Below, one piece after another: positions 24,196-38,310 of a DNA stretch of 64,000 bases (the stretch's first letter is position 1; the number at the start of each line of letters is the position of its first letter). The position numbers and the translations under genes were made by a program. The notes beneath the pieces are model-generated. The model was not told where the DNA came from and ran no database searches. It saw nothing but the letters and a program-made list of their open reading frames with translations. This DNA comes from Eledone cirrhosa (taxonomy: Eukaryota), in assembly GCA_964016885.1 (NCBI GenBank), contig OZ024744.1, positions 75,144,001 to 75,208,000 on the forward strand. The letters run 5' to 3'.

Positions 24196-24284
24196 AGATT
24201 TGATTAATCCCCTCAAAAAGCACTGCAACTAAACAATAGTAGAAGGTCGCAACAGCACAAGAAGTATCTCAGGTGCTAGAAAAG

Positions 24285-24571
24285 GAAAATAACTGTAATG
24301 TGTTAGAATATATGAAAACGTTAAAAAGTCTGGATAAAATATGTTGCAGGGATGTTTTGTAAGATATTTACGGAGCCGAAGACAAAACGGCCATGACTAA
24401 ACAACAGTGAAACAATTTCGTCTCACAAGAAAATAACTGTAAGCCGTCGAAATATGATAACGTTAAAGTCTGGATAAAATATGTTGTAGAGATGTTTTGT
24501 GAGATATTTACGGGGCCGAAGACAAAGCGCCATTGACTTAAACGGTGAAATAATTTCGTCTTCGTCCCACA
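24285..24571 (+). repeat. diverged tandem duplication, unit about 144 bp
   Basis: GAAAATAACTGTAA..TCTGGATAAAATATGTTG..CCGAAGACAAA..AATTTCGTC starts at 24285 and again at 24429. Confidence 0.85.
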
Positions 24572-25292
24572 AAATCTGAACTGCCATATGATCTCAGGGA
24601 ATGAATAAATATTTGGAAACATACTGTATATTTCTGTAAAAAGCAGAAGATATGAAACAGCTCTACATATTGTTAATCGGATATCGACTCATATTTACCC
24701 TGAACATATTGAAACTTGAAAATTCTAATAATATACCCATTACAAGACTACAAAACTATCTAGTAAAGAATAATAGAAAACTGATACAAATGGATATGAA
24801 ACATTAACAAGCAACTGTTTTCTGTCCTCAAGGAAGCCAGGAAATCCAAATCTGAAGCTGAGGTATGAACGAAAGGGAGAAAAATATGCAATATCATTTG
24901 TGGAAAATTAAGAGCTAGGGCAACAAAAAAGTGTTACAGAATGAATAGTTAAAATTATTGCAAAGAACAAAGCAAAAACAAAAACAAAAACCAGCAGTCT
25001 GCGTGGTCAATATCTGAAAACAAGTTACCGAAAAAGAAATGAAGAAAAATGGTGAAACATTGGTTACAAGTGTAGCATTAAAGAATAAAAATGCAGAATT
25101 TTTGATCATGGCACAAAATAAAAACATTTCTAATCAGAAGCCACCAGAATCTTATAACAAAGCGAAATACTTTAAGGTGCTGGAATAGATCTTCCATCGC
25201 GTCTCTCTCACAAACCGCCGGGAAAACGCCTTCTCTATTCTGTCCGGCGCGGACGTGGGGCGGCCAGTGCGTGTGCTCCCATTTGCTCATAA

Positions 25293-25844
25293 TAATTGTT
25301 TCTACTTTTAGGCACAAAGTCAGTAGTTACCCCAATACATTAATAGTGCTTTATTTTATCGACCCCCTTAAGGATGAAAGGCAAAGCTAACCTCGGCGGG
25401 ATTTGAACACAGAACGTAAAGGGCCATAACTATATGCTTCAAAACGCTCTACCGATATTGCCAATCCACCGCCTCATAATAATTGTTTCTATTTTAGGCC
25501 CAAGGCCAGCAATTAGCCAGTGCATTACTGGTACTTTATTTTATCGACCCCGTAAAGATGAAAGGCAAAGTCAACCTTGGCGGGATTTGAACTCAGATCG
25601 TAAAGGGACGTAACTATGCTAAAAACATGGCGTCCAACCCTCTACCAATGCTGCCAATCCACCGTCGTTATTGTTTCTACTTTTGGCACAAGGCCAGCAA
25701 TTTCCCCAGTGTATAACTGGTGCTTTATTTTATCGACTCCGTAAGGATGAAAGGCAAAGTTAACCTCGGCGGGATTTGAACTCAGACTATAAAGGGCCGT
25801 AACTCTATTCTGCAAAGCTCTACCGATACTGCCAATTCAGCGCC
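25293..25844 (-). mobile_element. three head-to-tail SINE family A copies
   Basis: Copies at about 25293-25473, 25481-25663 and 25669-25844 separated by short TAA/ATT linkers. Confidence 0.9.
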
Positions 25845-26079
25845 TCATAATAATGAGAGATGGGGAGAATGGGAGAGGCGGAGGCAGTAACAGTGGGAAT
25901 TTGGTTCCTTTGTGTTCGGACCTGGTGTATGTGTGTATGTTTCACAGACACTCGCTCACACTGAATCACTGTAGTTCCCTAAATACTAAAGAAAATATAC
26001 CTGTATAAGTATACGAGAAAAAAGATATATATGTAGATATAGTACAAAACGTCTCTGAGAAAGACAACAATATACATTG

Positions 26080-26450
26080 GAGTGTACCAATCCACACAGA
26101 CAAACAACATCATTGTTGTCAGCGGCTGGATATTGCTCTGAATACGCAGCATGAAATGTTGTTCTTCTGTAGATGTGTCAGTTGTACCAGACCATATAAT
26201 CTCAAAGAAAATGAGCAAATGATTTAATTATCAAGATCTGGAATTAAAGATAACCAAAAATGTGGACACGGATAGAAACTCTATAATAAGAAATGCCTAG
26301 CAAACAAGACTTACGCATAAAGAAAAGAGCCATAAGAAGCACCAGGCATGTATTATATTGAGTACTTTCAATGCAAAGAAAATACAAAAAAAATCACTGA
26401 ACTGAACAAAAGCACACAGAACTGCCTTTTGGTGGTGCAACAGAAGCACG
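26080..26450 (+). mobile_element. highly degenerate R4-like RLE remnant
   Basis: Pieces PIHTDK, VDVSV and YQDLELKITK in shifting frames. Confidence 0.45.
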
Positions 26451-26893
26451 CAATAAAAATAAGGCTGCTGAATGATATAGTATTAACAATAATAATGATA
26501 ATAATGATGATGAAGGTGGTGGTGATGTTGATGGGGGTGGGGTGGTGATAGTGGTGGTGGTGGTGGTTGAGGTTGTGGTGGTTATGGTGGTGGTGGCAGT
26601 GGTGGTGATGATGGTGATGACGGTATAGATGATGATGATGGTGGTGGTGGTGGATGGTGGTGGTGGTGGCGGTTGTTGGAGGTGGTAGTGGTGGTTGTGC
26701 TGGTGATGGCGGTTGTGGTGATGATGATGATGATGATGATGATGGTGGTGATGATATAGATGATGATGGATGATGAGTATGATGATGGTAGCGGTGGTGG
26801 TTGTTGTTGTTGTTGTGGATGTGGTGGTGGTGGTGGTGATGAAGATGATGGTGGTGATGATGTTGATGATGATTGCGATGATAATTGTGCTGG

Positions 26894-26930
<37 letters not shown>

Positions 26931-28139
26931 AACAACTACAAGAACAACAAATAGCGCAACGAATATAAAGATAATAAAAAAAAGTAAATACAGAACATAA
27001 AAAGTAAATAAAATTATTTTAAAAAATATATATTATAAACAAGTAAATATAATACATCATAAAAGGAATGAAAGAAAGAAAGAAAGAAAGAAAGAAAGAG
27101 AAAAAGAATGACAGAAAGAAAGAAAGAAGGAAAGAATGTAACAATGGAAGAAGGGGAGAAAGACAGTGGTAGGGCGTAATCCAAATATTAATTCTTTGCC
27201 TGCGGTTGGTCTGTGTTGACAGCTTCGGATTAAACTCTGGAACATTGGATAAATCCTAGACTACTACGCTGGTTTCGTTCTCTGCTCCTCAACTTTCTAC
27301 TAGATAAACTAAACTCTTCCAACCAGTTTTCCATTCGCCATTTTTACATCAACGAAGGCAGAATTCACCAAACTGTTATCTTATTTCGTATCATATTCGC
27401 AGTAAAACTTTCTTATATATTTTTTATTCCAGCAATGTCTTTCCTCCTATTTCCTTCAGTATTATTTGCAATGTATTCCTTCTATTTAAAGGGGAAAATG
27501 ACAAAAACTAAAAATAAACAAACCCCCCAAAAAAATAATAAATAAAATGTATCCGCACTTTTATCGACACACGTACCAATCATATATAAACAAACACACA
27601 CATTGGCACACGCGAACATACACTTACATACATTTATTTATATCAGTACACACGCAGGCACACGCACACACACACACACACACACACAAATGCATGCTCT
27701 CTCACACACACACACACGCACACACACTTATATATATATTTGTATGTATGCATGTATGTATGTGTGGGAGTGTTTGCATGTGCATATGAGTGCTTAGAAA
27801 TGGCCTTCACTGCGTCTCTCTCTCTCTCTATATATATATAATATATATATATATATATACAGAGAGAGGGAGAGAGTGAGAGAGAGAGAGAGAGAGTATG
27901 TGTGTGTGTGTGTGAATGTCAGAAAGACAGAGAAATAGATAGATTGATAGTGAGATAGATAGATACATACACAAAGAAAAGTCTCATAGGAAAAGCAACA
28001 TGGGAGAAAGAAAAAATAGAATGCTGCTGTATTAGCTAAATGCTTGATGATATAGTTTGGAAAGTATCTAAACGTTTTCCATGCTAGTCTCTCATTGAAA
28101 GTTAGAAAAAGTTAGAAAATGAATGATTGTATATATGAA

Positions 28140-28345
28140 GGCGTGAGGCTGATTGGTTAGAGAACTAGATTCGCAATCGTGAGATTGTCAGTTCGATTCC
28201 TGGACCAGACGATGCGTTATATCCTTCAGCAAGACACTTCATTTCACGTTGCTCCTTCTACCTGGAGTTGCGACCGATAGATAGTATTAGCAATTGGAAA
28301 GTCCAACGGAAACATTATATCCTCGGTCCGATTTGACGAAAGTCG

Positions 28346-28347
<2 letters not shown>
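28140..28347 (+). mobile_element. tRNA-derived SINE, family B
   Basis: B box GTTCGATTCC, AGCAAGACACTTCATTTCACGTTGCTCC; homolog at 33111-33392. Confidence 0.75.
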
Positions 28348-28399
<52 letters not shown>

Positions 28400-29508
28400 G
28401 TGTGTGTGTGTTGTGTGTGTTGTGTATGTGTGTTGTGTGTGTTGTGTATGTGTCTGTGTGTGTGTGTGCGTGTGCGTGTGTGCGCGCGTGTGTGTGGGTG
28501 TTTGAATTTGGTGGAAATTCAATCTGTTTGGCCTCCTGTCATTTTATTTAATTATATATATATATATATATACACAGTATATATTAGAAATAGAATTATA
28601 TGCTTTCAACGTATTTTAACATGTGTAAACAAGCACATACACACACACACACACACATACACACATATATATATATATATATATATATGAAATTATATTT
28701 GTATATAAACGGAGTGAATTACTGAGATTGTGACAATGTGTGTATATATATATATATGTATATACTTTATATATATCTGTTAGACACGCAGTGACTAACA
28801 ACTGAATGTTTTAAGGCTGCGTGTCTGACATATATGCGTAGCTTGTGAATACAAAATATCAAGGGGTGTCACTGGCCGTGGTGATCACGTACCAAAAATG
28901 TTTTGTAATGTATCGTCTTATTGGCAAATTTCATCGTCTTATTGGCTAATAAACTAACGAGAGTAATTGTTGCTCAAAAGCATCCGCCATTTTGTTTGCA
29001 CGTTTATTTATCATTTCGCTTTCGAATCTTCCTTCTGTATTTCGTCGTTTTTCATCAAAATATTTTTCTCGTTTTGGTAAGATATATTGTTAATTTATAT
29101 ATGATTTTTTAAATTTATATTAACTATTTTTTTTCAGTTCGTTATAACATGCTTATAATATTGGTTGTATCATATTTACTTGTATATTTGTCCATATTAT
29201 TATTCGATTTATGTTAGATTATTTTATTATTATTATGTTAGACTATTTATATGTAATATTTAATTTTTATTAATTCAACTATAACAATTATTATGTAAAA
29301 TATATTTATTTAATATTGATTGTCTTTTGTAGTTGTTTATATTAAAAGTCTGAAAATATTTTTATACATCTTACAATAATATTTATAAGATCATTTATAA
29401 AATAACAATTGTATAATCTAATTACATTACAACGATAATTTATTATTAATATATATCATGTTTAACTAGACTTATTACAAGCGTTGCCTTAAAAACATAT
29501 TAAACTAA

Positions 29509-29942
29509 ACCTGAAAATGCGCAAGCTCAAAAGAACCACAGAATGTTATAATAAACCGTCAAAAGTGTGGGACTAGAGTTGTTGCTCAAAAATATTGTAA
29601 TCATTATCTATCGTACACTCTGTGGCATCCTTTTATAAAAAAGAGACTCATAACGAACTCAAGACGACACGATAATTATTTAAGTGAATTTATAATATAG
29701 AATTCGGTTTAAGTGCATTTCGTATTAATCATTACTAAACATCTAATATGATATATTGAACATTAGATTAAATAATTATCGTGTCGTCTTGAGTTCGCTA
29801 TGAGTCTCTTTTTATAAAAGGATGCCACAGAGTGTACAATAGATAATGATTACAATATTTTTGAGCGACAACTCTAGCCCCACACTTTTGAAGGTTTATT
29901 ATAACATTCTGTGGCTCTTTTGAGCTTGCTCATTTTTCAGGT
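29509..29942. repeat. fold-back element, about 175 bp arms
   Basis: Arms 29509-29682 and 29768-29942; right end next to (TA)n. Confidence 0.9.
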
Positions 29943-29944
29943 CT

Positions 29945-29975
<31 letters not shown>

Positions 29976-29979
<4 letters not shown>

Positions 29980-30360
29980 CTGGTCAGTTAATTGAATACA
30001 TATCTTTAATGGTTCTAACATTTTTCAAACTTGTTCTGATTATCCTTTTATTCCAGATAAATGATGATAGACATCAGGCTAACCAAGCATATGGAAAGGC
30101 GTGACGTAACACTTGCCATAAAGGCAGAGAGCTTGCTCGATTTCTGAAAGTTGCACGGCTATTTGTTGTCAAAGTTCTTAAAGAGATGGAGACCACTGAC
30201 GAGGATTCGACGGCAATAGTCAAACATAGAATGGATGCTAAGGGTCCTGATACCATCTGGAGTATAGATTTAGTTCCATAAAAAATTAACAAACAAGGAT
30301 TCTTCAACTCTAAGAATCCTTTCAGCGAAACACGTGTTCTCAAATAAGTTTTGTTAATTT
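29976..30360 (+). mobile_element. Tc1/mariner-type DNA transposon left-end remnant
   Basis: Begins after TA; plus frame gives ELARFLKVARLFVVKVLKEME, resembling an IS630/Tc1/mariner N-terminal HTH. Confidence 0.5.
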
Positions 30361-30373
30361 GTTGTGGAACTAA

Positions 30374-30468
<95 letters not shown>

Positions 30469-30472
30469 CCTT

Positions 30473-30521
<49 letters not shown>

Positions 30522-30539
30522 TGATATCACCACCTCAAA

Positions 30540-31480
30540 TGTTGTCTCTGTGGAGGATAAAATTCGGACCGACCAAGATGTCAAATGCCTTGCAAAGTGA
30601 GACGGAACGCTCTCACTGACTCATGTGTGCCAGGTGGCTGGTTCTCTGGAGAGGCACCAAAAAATGTATATCGAGTGTGATAATCCAAATTTTCAAAATG
30701 GAAGACAAGAGAGATTGCTATAATTATAGAGTAATGAGCTTACTAACCTCCCAGATAAAGTCTATGTTAATTGTCTGGCGAAGAATTGTAGGGATATTGT
30801 CAAGTCTAAGGTAGTTGATGAACAGTGTAGTTTTCTAGAATGAATATCAGTGCCGCGAAGTCTGAAACATTCGGCTTCACAGGAAGGTCTGTGCAGGGTA
30901 GTGTATATGTGAGTGGCGTTACACTGAATCAAGTGGAGGCGTTGAGGTATCTCGGGGCTGTGTTCACGAGTGATGGATGACATGAGGTGGAATTAAATGC
31001 GAGAATTGTTAGGCTGGTGCAGTAATGTGCTATCTTCAGCACTCGAACATCAGAAAGAAGTTAAGTGTAAAAGCGAAACTAGCTATCTTCAATTCGGTAT
31101 TAATGTCAACCCTCACTTAGAGTCATGTATCTTGGGTAAAGACCGAACGAATTCGATCGCAGATACAAGCGTCCGTAATAGTGTTCATCTATAGGGTCTA
31201 TGTTCATGAGGGCTTCAATTCAGATAGAAATTCTACTTATGTGCATTGTGAGATTATAGTTCCAGTCCTACGGACATATGGTTGGAATGTCTCAGGAAAG
31301 AATCTCTGAACAGCATTGACTGACAAAGCCTACCGACAGGACTTCCTATAGCAGACCACAAGAAAGATGATTGAATAATATCCATGAGTTCGGTTAGTCT
31401 CCTTCGGGGATTTAACTGGATCATTTGAAGGCAGTTGCTTCTGACAGAACACTCTGAAATGAGTGTTTGAGGGCTTTGAG
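30540..31480 (+). mobile_element. degenerate RTE-like LINE fragment
   Basis: DKIRT, IFKMEDKRDCYNYRVMSLL, LNQVEALRYLGAVFTSDG remnants. Confidence 0.65.
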
Positions 31481-31824
31481 GAATAAGGAGGAGGAGGAGG
31501 AGGAGGAGGAGGAGGAGGAGGAGGAGGAGGAGAGAAGAATTTCAATACCATTACATTACTCATCCATCGTGAAGTTTTCCTGTGTCTGTATCTTAATGAC
31601 ATTGTAATGAAAATTGCAGATTTAAACTTACATATCGCTTATACAATCAGGTTTATAAAATTGATCATTAAATTCTTAGAACTAAAAATCCAGTAATAGA
31701 CATAATGATTACGGTGATACATTTCTTTTATCTCAGAAATATATTGAATTCCAATCCTAAAGTTAATATTTCCATTATATATATATATATTTAATTATGT
31801 AATAAACAACGGAATATTATTTTT

Positions 31825-31892
31825 CCATTACCCAAGGTTTTGCGAAGTTAGACGATTCTAACAAAAACGTCTGATATCGCTCATCAGATAGG
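31825..31892 (-). ncRNA. type I hammerhead motif with G12A change
   Basis: CTAT-CTGATGA-GCGA..AGACG..CGTCT..TCGC-AAAA-CCttgGG-TA-ATGG; all three stems pair. Confidence 0.65.
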
Positions 31893-32066
31893 ATCTCTAG
31901 GAAATGGGAAGATATTAGTATTGACTTATATACGTCAATACTCATATTTTTCCATTTCTTGGAGGGTTTTAAACCCCAGTATCAGGCTAAAATTTCTTTA
32001 GTAAAAAAACGGCGAAAGCTTCTATTTCTATTTTCAAATTCGCTCGCCGTTTCAAAAGCAAGCTTG

Positions 32067-32107
<41 letters not shown>

Positions 32108-32114
<7 letters not shown>

Positions 32115-32300
32115 TAACAGATTAAAGTTTAAGCAAAGAATCGGTGCTTTCACCCTTAACGGGTGAAAGCAACGATTCTTTGCTTAAACTTTAATCTGTT
32201 ATTTTAATAAATATTTGCTCTACGGTTCTTATATATCTGATATATATTTATCCTTATCGAGCCCTCTTTGGATTTTACTCTTCAAATTTATTATTACTAT
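32108..32300. mobile_element. fold-back element family F1 (inverted repeat plus tail) in (TA)n
   Basis: IR 32108-32209; related pieces at about 40690-40835, 41740-41820, 44515-44720, 53221-53548 and 61365-61570. Confidence 0.8.
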
Positions 32301-32321
32301 ATATATATATATATATGTATG

Positions 32322-32395
<74 letters not shown>

Positions 32396-33110
32396 ACCTC
32401 AGGTGTTCATTTTAAATACTTTAGTTATGTATACAAAATTATCATTTGTATCATAAAAATATATACATCTATTTTACACCTTAAGTTCAGTTATGTCTAT
32501 ATTTATTGTGAAACTATAATCATCTTGTAAAGAAGGTCCCTGTTTCACATAAGGTAAAATCTGTATTTTCAGATGCTTTTCTTCTTTCTTTAAAGATGAG
32601 CCGTCTTTCATTTAGTAAGCTAGTTTGGGTATTCAGATTACAAACTAACATAATAATACACATAACATAAACTAACATTCATTTCACTAAATATATGGTC
32701 CAAGTTTTGTAAACATTTTATGCAGCTTCAGGGATGTTATATAAACTGTTTAGATTTTTTTAATAATAAAATTCATTGTTACGGAAAAAGTAAACATTTT
32801 GAAAATGAACAAAATTATGGGGTCGATAAAATAAAGTACCAGTAATACACTGGGGAAATTGCTGGCCTTGTGCCTAAAGTAGAAACAATTATGAAATAGT
32901 ATTTTTCTTCTTTTTTTTTCTTTTTGCTTTGGTTGTGTTCGCCTTTGGCATAGTTTTATTGCATAGAGAGTCTTTAAATGGTGCTTCATATTCATACCAC
33001 TGATTGGTTACTTATATTGGTTTTCTACCTATCATCACGTGCCTGAAAGTATGTACTTTTTTAACATTTATGGGAAACGTAACTATTAAGGTCTCATTAT
33101 AACCCCATAG

Positions 33111-33392
33111 GTGAAAGCACATGGCTTTGTCGTTAGAGAGTTGGATTCACCATCGTGAGGTTGCTAGTTCAATTCTCGGACCAGGTTCTGCGTTGTGTGC
33201 TTGAGTAAAACACTTTATTTCATGCTGCTCTTTCTGCCAGGAGTTGCGCCAGGTAGATAGTATCAGCAATGGAAAGATCAATGGAAACATTGCTTCCTTG
33301 GTCCAATTTGACGAGATCCACCCCAGTCGGCAAGCGAATGAGGTCTGGGATCATGTCAATCGTAGCGAGCGATAACCCATACGATTAACAGA
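33111..33392 (+). mobile_element. SINE family B
   Basis: Homologous to 28140-28347. Confidence 0.7.
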
Positions 33393-33609
33393 TAAACATT
33401 TAACATCACTTCAGCCCCTAATACAACACTTCCTTCATGTATGAAATGACAGAGACGATAACTGATGGAATATCGTTTCGTTTAACAAAGTGCAATAAGA
33501 CGCATCGAAATATCGAGTTTATATGTGTCATCCCTTCTCATTCTGTTTTTAAATTTTGTATTTAGTTTTCATATGTACCAAATCAACGCCTAGATATTAT
33601 TAAGATAAG

Positions 33610-33980
33610 GGCAGTGGATTGGCAGTATCGGTAGTGCGTCAGACAACACGCTTTGCAGCATAGAGTTGTGGCCTTTACGTTCTGAATTCAAATCTCGCCG
33701 AGGTTAACTTTGCCTTTCATCCTTACGGGGTTGATAGAATAAAGTATCAGTAATACACTGCCTTGTTCCAAAAATAGAAACAATTATTATTATTGGGTTG
33801 GCAGTATCGCTAGAGTATCGGACAACTTGCTTAGCGACATAGAGTTAAGGCCCTTGGCGTTCTGAGTTCAAATCCCTCCTAGGTTAGCGTTGCCTTTCCT
33901 CCTTACATGGTCGATAAAATAAAGCACCAGTAATGCACTGGGTGGTAATTGCTGGCCTTGTGCCAAAAATAGAAACATTT
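33610..33980 (+). mobile_element. two tandem SINE family A copies
   Basis: About 33610-33787 and 33795-33980 joined by (ATT)n. Confidence 0.85.
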
Positions 33981-35854
33981 ATTAAGATAATGAGAAAGTT
34001 TATTTTGTTTAGTAATGTGATTTTTTGTACGAAAAAATTCCAAGATATAAATTCTTTGAGGAGCTTGATCCTCCATCTTTGTTGTTTATTCTTTATTTAT
34101 TTTTTGATATTTTATTTCTTTACTTATTTTTAAATCGAATATTTTCAATCAATCCACTGCCTAAACGAAATACAATGTGCTGCTGCTATGGTTGCTGCAG
34201 CTTTGTTTGTGTTGTTGATCTTTCTGCTATTGCTAGTATCATTGCTGCTACTACTGCTGATTCCACTGCAGCGTGCAGTATTCCTAAGCAGCTGTTGCAA
34301 CCGGTGATATTTCTTTTCACCCATGATCGGATATCCGACGTCAGGTGATCTTTAATAACCACTCTTTTCATCAACTAACACCTTGGCAACGCACCCAGTA
34401 ATGTGTAGTATAATATATTTTGCTAGCCATGAAACTAAAAACAAAGCATAATATTCTCTTTATCTGGAGATTTCCCTCTTCGCAAAAATCAAACTAATCT
34501 TTCTCTATCTCTCAATTTGACATGCTGGCACGCACTTTTCTTGATATTTTATTTCAAATACCAGGAATCTCAAATCAAAAGCGATTGCAACGTTTTCAAA
34601 AGCATAATTTTCCGCAAATTTGTCTCTGAATTTGCAGAAATTTGTCTCTGTTTTCCAGAAACAATCTTTTCACGGTTATGAATCACAATTTTTCTATGAC
34701 CGTTGTGAACCTGCATATTTGTATTGCAATTGATAGTAACTGCTCCAAATATATTGTATTGAGTTCAATAACAAATAAATAAAAACATGTAGCAGGTTGA
34801 ATACCATTGTTCATCATAACTGCCTCTTTTGTGATGTGCGTATTCACTATGCTTGAATTATGTCCCAATCTTGATATCATATCTCATTGTATTTGGTTTT
34901 CCACCTCTTCTCTTCTCATTCATATTAATTTCTATTGATGGTCTGCGTAAAATCAACTTTATCTTTTTAATTAAACGCCAAAATATTTTCGTTTGAAATG
35001 TAAATAATGGAAAGTTTCGTAGCGTGTTGCAAGACTGCAATTTAAGGGTATGTTTTGCTTTTTGCAAGGGCTACTAGAACGCCTTATGACTCAAACTTTA
35101 TACAAATATGTAATATTTGATATGCTTTGTAGCAATCGTTGCAAAAAAAAACAAAAGATATCTTAATTTTCTTTATTCAGTGCCGTTAAATAAAATGTTC
35201 TTAGTGTTGGCCATTTTCAGAACTTCATTAGTTATTATATCGCAGCAGCTGTGGTATATTCTGGACGTTACAGTTGCCACTTTTTATATACCAAAAACTG
35301 ATACTCTTTGATATCTGCACTCAGAACAGATGGCTAAAGTTCGGAAACAGTTCGTTTTTGTTTGTTCCGTTTGTGTCGTTTCATTCTATCTACAACTTGA
35401 TTGACAGAATTCCCCGATACTATTCAGTATTTCTTCTAAACTTGCATTCGCATGGCCCACTGTAACCATTTCTATATTCTAACCTTCCATACTTTCGCCC
35501 GAATTTTCTTCCTTTCTTATTATTCTTTTTTTCTTCTCGCTCTGCCGAGTAAATTGCGACCATGTTGCACCACACCGCTTAAATTTAGTTCATCGTAAGT
35601 TACAGAGAAAAGACGTAATCACAACTGCAAGAATATACACCCACATATTCCCTGGGCTCATCAGAGTCGTGGTGATATACTTTGCAGATTATCTTCAGCA
35701 AATTGTACCTAACGCAATTCCATACATGAGAATAAGATGCAATAAAAACTTTATCGTAAAAGCGTTCGAATGATTTCTACTGGTCTAGAAGAAAATGTTC
35801 TGAAATGTTTCCTATGATAGAAGTTGAATATTTATGAATCCTTTGTATAACATC

Positions 35855-35937
<83 letters not shown>

Positions 35938-36246
35938 TAAGCATGAGTAACGTGGATAAACAAGTCTTATTACGAGCATTGGAGAGGATTTGTTAAAAGC
36001 ATGTATAAGGTAAAATGTCAAATCAAGAAATGTGTGTGTTGAAGAAAAATGTGTTATGCAAAATAAAATGTCATTCAACTTCGCGCTACAGTACGAAAAA
36101 GGAGAGTGAAATAATGCATTTTTTATTAACATAGAACTTGGTTACTTATTGAGACTTCACTACGACTTTTCTATTATAATATATATTTCCTAAAATTCTA
36201 CAGAAAAGGGCATTTTATATACTGCCTTAGTTGTATACAATGCCAG

Positions 36247-36367
<121 letters not shown>

Positions 36368-36898
36368 GGTTTGTGTGTGTGTGTGTGCGTGGGTTTGTGT
36401 GTGTGTGTGAGAGAGAGAGTGTGTGTGTATATGCGTGTGCGCGAGTGTTTTGTTTCATGAGTTTGTGTGATGACCAGACTAAATCTACACTGAATTAAGG
36501 GACCATATACTAAGTATTCAATCAATATATTGATTGTCATTAATGCTGACTGTTAACTTTAAAGTTTCCCCGATGTTGACGTCTTACTAATGCATGAAAC
36601 TATAATAAGACGGTATTTTAGTCATAACTATAACGTTCTTCTTTCAGGGTATCGAATATTGGGTCTTTTTTATTCAATGTGTCCCTCCCTTGTAGGAAAA
36701 ATTTGGCAGCCAATTCTTACAGGTCAAACAGCAACGTAGATGCTTCCTCGTCAACTCTAGCGAATATCTCACATACATTTTATAGAATGTACACATGGTA
36801 GATTAGTTGGACACACAGTCATACACATACAGACACGCACACATAGACACGTACACGCACACACGGACACATGCACATACACAGACACACACACAAAT

Positions 36899-36974
<76 letters not shown>

Positions 36975-37303
36975 GGTGGGGAGAGAGAAATAGATAGATA
37001 GATATGTGTCTGAGTGTGTTTGTGTGTGTTTGTGTGTTTGTGTGTATGGGTGTATATTTGTATGTGTGTATGTCTGGGGGAGGGGGGTATGTGTGTGTGT
37101 GTGTTATATCCATATGTCAATTCATTCCGATCGTTTTATTTAATCTGAAATAAAAAAGGTGAAATTCTGCAGTCATTACAGGAGGCAATACGTTAATAAT
37201 TCTTCAGAATGAAATATAGAAAGGAAATGGTTAACGATACAGAAAATATGGACATGTAACAAAACGGTAAATAACAAGACAATGAAAACGAAAGAGGAAG
37301 ATT

Positions 37304-37372
<69 letters not shown>

Positions 37373-38126
37373 AATAGAGATGGATAAAAAGAAAGATAGA
37401 TAGATAGCTAGAAAGATAGAAAGATAGGTAGAAAGAAAGAAAGAATAAATAAATATAGAAAGAAAGAGATAAAAAGAAAGAGAGATAAAAAGAAAGAAAG
37501 AAAAAAGAGAGAAAGACAGATAGATAGATAGAAAGAAAGATAGGAAGAACGACATATAAAAAGAAAGAAAGAAAAAAAAGAAGATAGACAGAAAGAACGA
37601 AAGAAAGAAAGAAAGAAAGAAAGACGGATAGAAAGAAAGATATATAGATAGAAAGAAAGAAAGATAGGAATAAATAAAGAAAGAAAGAATGAAAGAAAGA
37701 AAGAAAAAAGAAAGATAGAAAGAAAGAAAGATAGGTAGAAAGAAAGAAGAAGAAAAAGAAATATTATAAAAAAGAAAAAAACGAAAGAAATAAATAAAGA
37801 AAGAATGAGGGGAACAAAGAAATAAAGGTAAATAGACAGAGCAAGGAATGTAAAAAAAAAAGAGAAGAAAAAGGGCTAAAAGAGAAGAGATGAAGGTTGA
37901 ATGAAAGAAAATTTGATAAAATGAAAGGAAGACTTTTTTTTTTAAATTGAAAAATACATATAGAAAGGGAAGAGCAAGGTAGTAAAATGCATAATTTCGG
38001 AAAAAGACAAATATAAAAAGGATATTTTGATATAAAACAACGATGGAAAGAGTTTGTTAAAAAAGGAATTAAATGGTTGTGAGTAAATTGTGAGAGAAAT
38101 AATGATAAAGATGATAATAGTAATAA

Positions 38127-38310
38127 AATTGTTTCTACTTTTGGAACAAGGCCAGCAATTATCTCAGTACATTACTGGTACTTTATTTTGTCGACCCCCG
38201 TAAGGATGAAAGGCAAAGCTAACTCCGGCAGGATTTGAACTCAGACCGTAAAGAGCCGTAACTCTTTGCTTCAAAGCATGGTGTCCGACCCTCTACCGAT
38301 ACTGCCAATC
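38127..38310 (-). mobile_element. SINE family A
   Basis: Reverse complement of the family A pattern. Confidence 0.85.

Noticed and set aside
25293-25844. CRISPR-like repeat array
   Set aside because: Units are about 185 bp SINEs with no spacers or cas genes, in eukaryotic DNA
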